From positions 1-33,051 of IMG/VR virus record IMGVR_UViG_3300016265_001126: a DNA stretch of 33,051 nucleotides; one strand, written 5' to 3'. Shown in pieces: positions 26,350 through 33,051 of this stretch (its first letter is position 1; every line of letters begins with the position of its first letter). This stretch comes from a virus. Its lineage: Duplodnaviria; Caudoviricetes. The position numbers and the translations under genes were made by a program. The notes under the pieces were generated by a model. It made no database searches. It was not told the origin of the DNA and saw only the letters and a list, made by a program, of their open reading frames with translations.

Positions 26350-27934
26350 TTTGTGCGTTCTGGTTGTCTGACTCTATTAAATCTTCGGCTGTGTCCTCCG
26401 GTGAATCTTCAGCCTCAATCGGCTCTGCGGTCATCGCGCCTTTTTGCTGCGTTGTGCTTGTCGCACTTCCCGGAGGTAGAGGACGCCAGCGGTTCGCAAG
26501 CTGCTTCGCCTCTTCCGGCGTGTAACCTTGCAAAACAGCTTCATCTTCAAACTCGCGAAACTCGCGAATCCACTGGCGGATGTGCGTCAAGTAATCTTCG
26601 CCCTGTTCGTCGTAGATAAGGCGCATCGTCGCAAGTCCGTGATTGAGTTCTTCAATGCGTGCTTTTGAATCTCGCCCGTTGTCGAGCGTTACACGTCGCG
26701 GCCTGCGGTAGCTGATGCAGTCGCGCCAATTTACGGGAGGCTCCGCAAGCAATCCGCTTGCAACTCGCCATTCGATGAAACGAATGATAAACCGTTCAAA
26801 CCATCCATAAATCACTTTGTCCGCTAGTAGCGAGAAAGCCGCGTCAGCTTGTGCGAAAATGCCGCGAGCGTTTGCGCCGCCGAGCTTGTCGCGACTCCAG
26901 AAAAACTCAACTGGAATGCCGGTTCCTGCCGCTGCGTCACGTAGCAAAAGGTCGGTCACGTATTCGTTCACCAATGGCGAGGGCGTATTGCCCGTAATCA
27001 ACTCAACCTTTCCATCGTCACCCATGCGGGCAATCGCTGCGCCTGCGCCTTGGTAAAGGTTTTCCACGGCTTGCGTGTCCACTTGGTCAACTCCCTCAAC
27101 TGGTGCCGCAAGTGCCGCCATTGCTCCGCGTCCCTTTGCTGCCTTTGTTCCCTTGATGATAAGCGAAACAAGCCGCTGCGTTTTAGCGGTCTTGGTTTCC
27201 AGACGCTTTAACTCGTGAATGTCAACTAAATTATTGACTCCCGGCGCAAGCGGTGAAATTCCGCGGCTTTGGTTCGTTCCCTGCGCGTGAAAGATGTGAG
27301 AAACATCCCGTGCGTCGTAGGCTTGAAACTCTGTGCTTGCCAGCCTGACGTGGTAGTAACGTGCGCGGCCAAAGTCGCCGAGTTCGATTCCGTCGTGGAT
27401 GCCTTCCGTTGCTTTTCCGTTTTGCTGCGGCGGCGTGGCAACGTCGTTCGGCTCTATCGCGTAAAATGCCGGGCAATCGTCAACGCCAGAACGCGGAGAA
27501 GGGAAGTCGGGATTTTCAGAATGAAGAACGAAAGCCTCGCCAATGATTGCAAGCTGCTCCGCAATGTGCGCCTGCATTTCGTAAGCGTTGCGGCGTCCGG
27601 TAACGTCGCATTGCGTCGGGGTCATGCAGTAATTTTCAAGCGAAAGGTTCGCCGCCTTGTTCCACTCCGCATTTTCCGTGTTAAAACTCGCAAATATTCC
27701 ACGCCCTACCGTATGCCGTGCGATTCCACGGCCCCACTCCTGCACGATTCCAAAGTTTTGACGGCACCATTCAACCTTTTCGACAATCCGCTTGCGAGTG
27801 TATGCAGAAAGGTAAAGCCGCGAATCTTGCGGAATGAGAAATTGAACGTTTGCGCGGTCGATAGACGAATCAACTGTCTCACGGTAGCTCGTCGAACCTG
27901 CTCCTAGTTTTTTTGGCTGTTTTTTAGGCTTCAT
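26333..27934 (-). CDS. Portal protein, lambda family
   Basis: IHDGIELGDFGRARYYH, QSRGISPLAP; start at MKPKKQ via ATGA overlap. Confidence 0.92.
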   Translation of the reverse strand: MKPKKQPKKLGAGSTSYRETVDSSIDRANVQFLIPQDSRLYLSAYTRKRIVEKVEWCRQNFGIVQEWGRGIARHTVGRGIFASFNTENAEWNKAANLSLENYCMTPTQCDVTGRRNAYEMQAHIAEQLAIIGEAFVLHSENPDFPSPRSGVDDCPAFYAIEPNDVATPPQQNGKATEGIHDGIELGDFGRARYYHVRLASTEFQAYDARDVSHIFHAQGTNQSRGISPLAPGVNNLVDIHELKRLETKTAKTQRLVSLIIKGTKAAKGRGAMAALAAPVEGVDQVDTQAVENLYQGAGAAIARMGDDGKVELITGNTPSPLVNEYVTDLLLRDAAAGTGIPVEFFWSRDKLGGANARGIFAQADAAFSLLADKVIYGWFERFIIRFIEWRVASGLLAEPPVNWRDCISYRRPRRVTLDNGRDSKARIEELNHGLATMRLIYDEQGEDYLTHIRQWIREFREFEDEAVLQGYTPEEAKQLANRWRPLPPGSATSTTQQKGAMTAEPIEAEDSPEDTAEDLIESDNQNAQNDSNS

Positions 27935-28221
27935 GGTAGAACATTCGTGAAGCTCGCAACAGTGAACATCGGATTGCCGTCCGCTACGTCCATTGTGCGT
28001 AACGCATCGCGGCAACATTTCGCGACAGTCGCCGCGTCCATGCCTATTTGCATGGTGTAGCTTTTCCCATTGCGACTTCCGCTTGTCATCGAATCAATGA
28101 CGCCACCGCCTGCAACAATCTTAGCCTTTGCCGCCGTCAATAAGTCGGTGACAAATGACTCGTTCCCATCGTCAATCTCGTCGATGAGAAACTGTGTGAA
28201 ATCAGCGTTTGAAAGCGGCAT
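27931..28221 (-). CDS. gpW-like head completion protein
   Basis: Small gene directly before the portal; SGSRNGKSYT hairpin. Confidence 0.65.
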   Translation of the reverse strand: MPLSNADFTQFLIDEIDDGNESFVTDLLTAAKAKIVAGGGVIDSMTSGSRNGKSYTMQIGMDAATVAKCCRDALRTMDVADGNPMFTVASFTNVLP

Positions 28222-28245
28222 CTTTTTGACGCCGCCTTGTCAAAA

Positions 28246-28491
28246 CTAATCCGATTCAATTACCCTGACGCGATTGCGATAAAGGTTATCGGCAATGTAA
28301 GTCGCCAGCTTGGTGACGTATTCTTCCGTTAGTGAACCGTCAAAGCTGTGTACTAGCTCATGAATCAGCGTATCTAGCCTCGCCTTGCCCTTTAGCCTCT
28401 CGTCAATTTCAATCAAGCCGTCAGAATGGCAAAGCCCGTCTGCGCGTTCGCGGCCTAGTTTGCGTTCAACGATTTGCGGTTTTCGTGGCAT
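28246..28491 (-). CDS. Small HExxH metallopeptidase-like protein
   Basis: ADGLC..IEID..LDTLIHELVH..EEYV; start at MPRKPQ. Confidence 0.75.
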   Translation of the reverse strand: MPRKPQIVERKLGRERADGLCHSDGLIEIDERLKGKARLDTLIHELVHSFDGSLTEEYVTKLATYIADNLYRNRVRVIESD

Positions 28492-28596
28492 ATTATACGA
28501 ACAGGAGTTGCCCAAACATCGGTAGGCGGCTTTCGGCGAAACAGGCATGTGCAGAAAACGCCAGCAATCGCAGTGCTGTCTCTTGCGAGCCAAGCC

Positions 28597-28896
28597 TTAC
28601 TCACGTTCCACCTCCCCGATTTGTATGATTTGGATTTTGTGAGGATTCGCCATTTCGCTGTTTGCCCCATGGCAAGTGTAGCCTGCCCCAACCGCAAGCG
28701 CGTGCGCGATTAGCGGAATCCACTTTCGGGCTTCGTCTGCATCCGCGAGGACGACTTGGTGCGTTACAGACACATTCACCGATCCGTCATTGGTGCCGGT
28801 CAGCGGAGTCACGTCTAGATACGGAACAAGGTAGCCGTCCACGGATACTTTGTGGTGCGTGAACGGCCCGTGTATTTTTGTATTTTGGTAGTCCAT
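28597..28896 (-). CDS. Hypothetical accessory protein
   Basis: 99-aa ORF. Confidence 0.7.
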   Translation of the reverse strand: MDYQNTKIHGPFTHHKVSVDGYLVPYLDVTPLTGTNDGSVNVSVTHQVVLADADEARKWIPLIAHALAVGAGYTCHGANSEMANPHKIQIIQIGEVERE

Positions 28897-28901
28897 AAAA
28901 T

Positions 28902-29411
28902 TTAATGCTTTTCACCGGTAGTATGGGAACCAGTCACACCAGCGGACGTGCCGCCGCTGTGTTCATCGCTCTGCGACAGGGCGGCGTCTGCCAGTTGGCA
29001 GATTTTGCCAATGTCAGCGGGCGGCTTGGTGGCGTCCCATGTTACATTTGCTTCCACGAGGATTGAGCGCAGCGCAGTTCGCAATCTCAGGGTTTCATCG
29101 GCGGGCGTCACTGAGAACTGTTCGCAACCATCTGCGACGTATTTGTTGTCAATGGGCGGCGTTTGATTATCCCCCGGCATTGCGTCCTCGTAGAGCGCAC
29201 GTTGTTCTGGAGTCCATTGGTGATGGTGTTCTGTAAGCGCAATTGCCAGTGCGTCCAATGCCTTCCGCGCTATATCAAGCGATGATTGCAGTCCACGCAG
29301 TGCATCTTGATAGCACGCAATTATTTCTTCGTTGGTCGCAGAGCCAGTCACAGCAGGCGAACCCGCCGTTTTCGGTTCCGTTGGTTGGTTGTTTGTATCA
29401 GTTGGTTTCAT
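28902..29411 (-). CDS. Hypothetical cassette-borne protein
   Basis: 169 aa; both termini are encoded by the attC-like sites (AVTGSA / GVTGSH). Confidence 0.7.
   Translation of the reverse strand: MKPTDTNNQPTEPKTAGSPAVTGSATNEEIIACYQDALRGLQSSLDIARKALDALAIALTEHHHQWTPEQRALYEDAMPGDNQTPPIDNKYVADGCEQFSVTPADETLRLRTALRSILVEANVTWDATKPPADIGKICQLADAALSQSDEHSGGTSAGVTGSHTTGEKH
28924..28974 (+). repeat. attC-like site 1
   Basis: TGGGAAC-CAGTC-ACA(C)CAGC...GCTGTGT-TCATC-GCTCTGC. Confidence 0.65.
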
Positions 29412-29458
29412 ATTTTGATTTGTTCTCTCCGGCTGGTTCGCTGTGTTTGTCGTCCGTT
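29338..29458 (+). repeat. attC-like site 2
   Basis: GCAGAGC-CAGTC-ACA(G)CAG(G)CGAACC...GGTTCGCTGTGT-TTGTC-GTCCGTT. Confidence 0.65.
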
Positions 29459-29459
29459 T

Positions 29460-30443
29460 TCAAAACACTTTCCCTCCAATAACCTTCAAATTGCTGACCT
29501 CAAAATCCCCGTTTCGGTCGGTTTCCACGACGGCGAATCCGTGTGTCCACTTATTCACCCGCGCAAAATCCGGTGAAAGCCCGCAGAGGCATCCGGTGGA
29601 CCAACAGGAAACCAACTTTCGGTCAACTCCGACAGGTTCTGTGAAATTGTGCGTTTGGTGAAAATGCCCGCAAAGCATCGTGTCGAGCATCCGCAGAAAC
29701 AGCGTGCGTGCGGCGGACACCGTGTTCCCGATGCCTTTCGGTAGTTCATGCCCGTGAATCACGTTCAATTTGCCGATTTTAGCAAACTGCAAAAGGCCGA
29801 CTTCTTCAATCCCTAGCTCGTCGAACCGTAGCAGCTTGTTTAGCTGGAAGTCCTCAACTCCGAGTAGCTCAGGAGCCTTTCTGCGTAAATAATCCTCGCT
29901 GCGTGCCTCGTGGTTGCCGTGCTTGAATATCAGTCGCGCCTTCGGGAATCGTTCGCGAATGTATTTTAGCCCTTGCCGTGCGGTTTTGATTTCGTGAACC
30001 AAGTCTCGTTTGCGCGGGTCAGGCTCCCAACGGGAAAGCGCGTAGTTCTCTACCGTGTCGCCGTTGAGATAAACGACTGTCGGGTTAATCTTCATCCCGT
30101 GCTTTATCGCCGTCGCAAAAGCCTTCTCGTCGTGGTGTGGAATATGAATGTCGCTCAGAACAAGAACACGCTGTTTTCCGTCGATAACGAACGTCTTGCG
30201 AACCTCGTTCACGCTTTTCGGCATTGATTCGATGAATCGCAGCGGCTTTAAGTCCGTGGCTTTGCTTGCCATGTCGCGCCTAAGCGATCCACGAACGAAA
30301 CGCATCGTTGCGTATGCTGCCGCGAGCGAAGGAAAAAGATTAGGATGCGCCCGATATATCGCCCGCGCTACCGTTTTTGTTCCGTGATTTGGGAACTTTT
30401 TGGAAAACTCCGTCGCAACGCTCTTTTTGGTGAAGGTTTTCAT
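29460..30443 (-). CDS. Calcineurin-like metallophosphoesterase
   Basis: SDIH, NGD, GNHE, HGH, GHFH; start at MKTF. Confidence 0.92.
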   Translation of the reverse strand: MKTFTKKSVATEFSKKFPNHGTKTVARAIYRAHPNLFPSLAAAYATMRFVRGSLRRDMASKATDLKPLRFIESMPKSVNEVRKTFVIDGKQRVLVLSDIHIPHHDEKAFATAIKHGMKINPTVVYLNGDTVENYALSRWEPDPRKRDLVHEIKTARQGLKYIRERFPKARLIFKHGNHEARSEDYLRRKAPELLGVEDFQLNKLLRFDELGIEEVGLLQFAKIGKLNVIHGHELPKGIGNTVSAARTLFLRMLDTMLCGHFHQTHNFTEPVGVDRKLVSCWSTGCLCGLSPDFARVNKWTHGFAVVETDRNGDFEVSNLKVIGGKVF

Positions 30444-30997
30444 TGTGCTCCGCTTGCAATAAACGCTTTTGCTTTCATCCGTAGCAGTTCGATTTTCTCC
30501 GTGCGCGTCAGAAAGTCCACGACGTTCTCGCGGCCCCATGTGTTGACTTCGCGGGAAGTGTCAAACGAGAATTTCAGCGTGAACGGCATCGGTGGCAACT
30601 CGCTTTTCGGCTGTGGTTCCGGTTCCGGGAGTAGTTCCGCGTGCCTGAATGCGTTTGTGAGTGCTAACGGCGTCGGGTCTGCCGCGTCGATAACTTTGCC
30701 TTTGTTGTTCCATTGCTGCCTGAATCGGTTCGCCTGAACAAACGAGAACGGAAGTCCGATTTTCTCATACACTTCTTCCCATTTTGCGCCTTTGTGCCTT
30801 TGGTAGAGTTCCTCCAATAGCTGCCCGAGTCCAGCCGTCGATTGAATCGCGCTCCCGATTGCTGCCATTGCTTGCGGCATTATCTCGCGTTCTAGCGGCT
30901 CGTAACGGCCAAGAATAGCGGCGATAATGTCCGTTTCCGGCATCTTTTTCAATGCCGCGTCGTCGTAGAATGAAAGGCTGAGTTGTTTTTCGTTCAT
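30440..30997 (-). CDS. Hypothetical protein
   Basis: Start at MNEKQL after the 30999 stop; coupled downstream. Confidence 0.75.
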   Translation of the reverse strand: MNEKQLSLSFYDDAALKKMPETDIIAAILGRYEPLEREIMPQAMAAIGSAIQSTAGLGQLLEELYQRHKGAKWEEVYEKIGLPFSFVQANRFRQQWNNKGKVIDAADPTPLALTNAFRHAELLPEPEPQPKSELPPMPFTLKFSFDTSREVNTWGRENVVDFLTRTEKIELLRMKAKAFIASGAQ

Positions 30998-30998
30998 G

Positions 30999-31505
30999 TC
31001 AGTTGTAGGTCGGTTTCCACTTCGTTTTCTCGCGAATCTTCTGCGCTCCCTGTCGCCGTTGCGCTGCTTCTTCGCAGTATTCCTCTGATTTGTCAGCCGG
31101 ATTCGCAATGCCGGGATGCATCGCTTTTATTTGCCTGTAGGTGTGGCTAATGCTTGCCCGATGAAGTCCAAAGTCACTCCCTATTTCCGCCAAACTGCGT
31201 CCCTCAATTCCGAAAAGGCGAAGATAAAGAACGGCGCGAATCGCGAATCGCTTGTCCGTGTCTTTCGTGAACGCTCGCAAAAGTTCCATTGCCATGCGGC
31301 TCCCATCGCGTCCGGTGTTCGGGTCGATTCCTTCAATGCCCTTTTCGACAAGGTAGCGCGTGAGTTTCCGCCATTGCTCGCGATTCACGGGAAGCTGCCC
31401 GTTGTATTCCGCAAACGGCTCGTGTATCAAGTCCGCCGTGGAATCAATGCCCATGTTTGGCGTGTAGCTTGCACGAGGGTCGTCGCTGGAATCGTGGTTT
31501 CTCAC
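30999..31505 (-). CDS. HTH protein (sigma-70 region 4-like)
   Basis: LRLFGIEGRSLAEIGSDFGLHRASISH. Confidence 0.7.
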   Translation of the reverse strand: MRNHDSSDDPRASYTPNMGIDSTADLIHEPFAEYNGQLPVNREQWRKLTRYLVEKGIEGIDPNTGRDGSRMAMELLRAFTKDTDKRFAIRAVLYLRLFGIEGRSLAEIGSDFGLHRASISHTYRQIKAMHPGIANPADKSEEYCEEAAQRRQGAQKIREKTKWKPTYN

Positions 31506-31507
31506 GG

Positions 31508-33049
31508 CTACTCTGTTTCTGTTTTCACGTTATTACGCTTCTCTTTAATTAGTGTCAAGCGGCTCTCCATAATGTCCGCCAAAACAACCTGCATTTTCTC
31601 GCAGTCGCCGAGGTGGTTGTTTTTCCGGCGTGATACCCACTCGTCGCCGTCCTTGTATTCGTCGGTTAGCTGCGCTTTGTAGTCGTCATCAATGTTAATT
31701 GGTAGCCACCAATAGACGGCATTGTCTCCAGCTTGCCCGTGTTTGATTGCGTCGTAATACAGCCGCTCTGCGTAGTGACTAGACCAACAAAGTAGCAGCG
31801 TCAGTTGGTCGTCATATACGCTGCGCGGGCGGATACGGTTCCACTGGGTCTGAATCGGCCCCGAGCCTTTATACGGGTCGAAAATGCGGGTGCGTTTGTG
31901 GCAGAACTCAAACACTACGTCCTGATCGTTTCCGGCGTCGATAATGCCCGCGATGCAACGAAACTGATGAACCTTGCCCTTGTCATCGGTGAAGTCGAAC
32001 GTGCGATATTTTCCAGTCCCGTCCGGCTTTTCGCCTGCAAGAACGGTCAACTCGTCCATCGTCATCGCCGTCCCCCAGTCCACTAATGCACTCCACGTCT
32101 GCTGGTCCGGTGATTCCCATATCACGCCCCATGCTCTGATTGTGTAATACAGCATGTCCTTTTGCTTGTCCGCCGTAATCGTCAGCATTTCCGGCATTCT
32201 CGGGAGTTGCCCCTTTATATAGCGGATTGGAGTTCTCGCAAGAACGCGGTCTAGGTCGCCTTCGTTGATTGCCGCGCCTGCTCTAATGAACGGCAAGCCG
32301 AGGCTCATGTTCGTGAACGTGATTAGCTTCCCGATGTCATTCTTAGCTTCAAGAAACGCTTTCGCGATGTGATTCCACCCTCCGCCCAATTCTGGCGGTG
32401 CGTATCCTCGCCAAACGTGTGCGCTGATGCGGTCTTTAGAGGCTTTCGGATTGTGCGCCATCCATCGGTAACGGTTGAGCATCCAGCGCAATGACTGTTG
32501 CTCAATCTGCTTTCCGCAATGCCCGCATTGATACGTCGTCTCGTTCTCTACTTTGTCTTCGTTGTATCCGGTTTTGACGCGAATCATCTTCGTAGCGTCA
32601 TACGGTGCCGGTGCTTCCGCCCAAATCTCCGCACAAGAAAAGTCGATGCGCCCGAGCTTTTCCTCCATCGTGCCGTCGATTGGCATTAGGTCGTGATTGA
32701 AAGGAACGTGTTTAGCGGGCTGATACGCTGGATCGTTCGTGAAGACTAGCCGCTGCCATCCTGCCAGATACGGGTCACGGCTTTCTTCGCTCCATCCAAC
32801 CGGCCATTTGTCGGGCATCTGGCGCGGTTCTCCTTTGGCTTTTGCCTCCGCGCTGCAATGCGGGCAAGGTAAGTAGCAATAATGCTGACTTCCGCGCAAA
32901 AAGCTCTGCCAGATAGGGGAAAACTCGCCAGCCTGACGCGGAGAACTGTTCTCGATGATTTTCCGCGTGAATGGGAAAAGCTGCGTGCGGCCGATGATTT
33001 TGTCTGCGCTCGACGAGTCCTCTTTCCCGTCCTCGCTGGCTGATTTCTT
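31508..33049 (-). CDS. Terminase large subunit, lambda gpA family (5' partial)
   Basis: Frame open to the window edge; RTQLF..RKIIENSSP..GSQHYCYLPCPHC, YQCGHCG, ADKQ, IIDAG, NHLGDC. Confidence 0.93.
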   Translation of the reverse strand, partial: KKSASEDGKEDSSSADKIIGRTQLFPFTRKIIENSSPRQAGEFSPIWQSFLRGSQHYCYLPCPHCSAEAKAKGEPRQMPDKWPVGWSEESRDPYLAGWQRLVFTNDPAYQPAKHVPFNHDLMPIDGTMEEKLGRIDFSCAEIWAEAPAPYDATKMIRVKTGYNEDKVENETTYQCGHCGKQIEQQSLRWMLNRYRWMAHNPKASKDRISAHVWRGYAPPELGGGWNHIAKAFLEAKNDIGKLITFTNMSLGLPFIRAGAAINEGDLDRVLARTPIRYIKGQLPRMPEMLTITADKQKDMLYYTIRAWGVIWESPDQQTWSALVDWGTAMTMDELTVLAGEKPDGTGKYRTFDFTDDKGKVHQFRCIAGIIDAGNDQDVVFEFCHKRTRIFDPYKGSGPIQTQWNRIRPRSVYDDQLTLLLCWSSHYAERLYYDAIKHGQAGDNAVYWWLPINIDDDYKAQLTDEYKDGDEWVSRRKNNHLGDCEKMQVVLADIMESRLTLIKEKRNNVKTETE

Positions 33050-33051
33050 GA

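Larger units (their letters stand above)
1..33051. mobile_element. Tailed bacteriophage (Caudoviricetes, siphovirus-like) genome segment
   Basis: Ordered terminase-portal-protease-capsid-tail-lysis module plus RecT/DnaB/RuvC replication arm; dense overlapping ORFs; no housekeeping genes. Confidence 0.97.

Noticed and set aside
28495-28611. Third attC-like site
   Set aside because: A left-half resemblance (GGCGAAACAGGCATGTGCAG) exists but there is no convincing complementary right half
2301-32689. Many plus-strand ORFs in the track (e.g. 24095-24886, 27269-27907, 31116-31682)
   Set aside because: Antisense shadows of well-supported minus-strand genes, with no motifs
1-33051. Genome-wide stop-codon reassignment
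   Set aside because: Core genes are intact in code 11 and ATGA stop/start overlaps are frequent

Overview
The window is most of a tailed dsDNA bacteriophage genome, about 50% GC by eye, with almost all genes on the minus strand. Right to left on the minus strand it carries a lambda gpA-like terminase (cut by the window edge), an HTH protein, a metallophosphoesterase and an accessory patch. Next come the gpW-like adaptor, lambda-type portal, S49 protease, scaffold, capsid, siphovirus-like tail genes with a short tape measure and a tail fibre. The lysis cassette (holin-like protein, CheY-like receiver, small lipoprotein, M15 endolysin) is followed by an early/replication arm (Arc-like RHH, RecT, Cas4-like nuclease, SNF2 helicase with N4/N6 methyltransferase, DnaB, twin HTH proteins, RuvC-like). 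A small plus-strand island contains an SSB-like gene. I saw no integrase, tRNA, CRISPR array or reverse transcriptase. A PVC-group (Verrucomicrobia-like) host is only my impression from gene style and A/C-rich leaders. The most notable non-gene signals are: (1) two integron attC-like sites with variant cores flanking an inverted gene cassette at 28.9-29.5 kb; (2) a late-operon double hairpin whose exposed segments are antisense to the phage's own early translation-start signature; (3) a TTTGAC-N13-16-ATG motif before six virion genes; (4) three structured non-coding elements in the early operon; (5) an AT-rich cassette bounded by a 47-bp direct repeat, with in-frame TGA codons; (6) a response-regulator receiver inside the lysis module. 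All calls come from reading the sequence by eye; no searches or folding programs were run.
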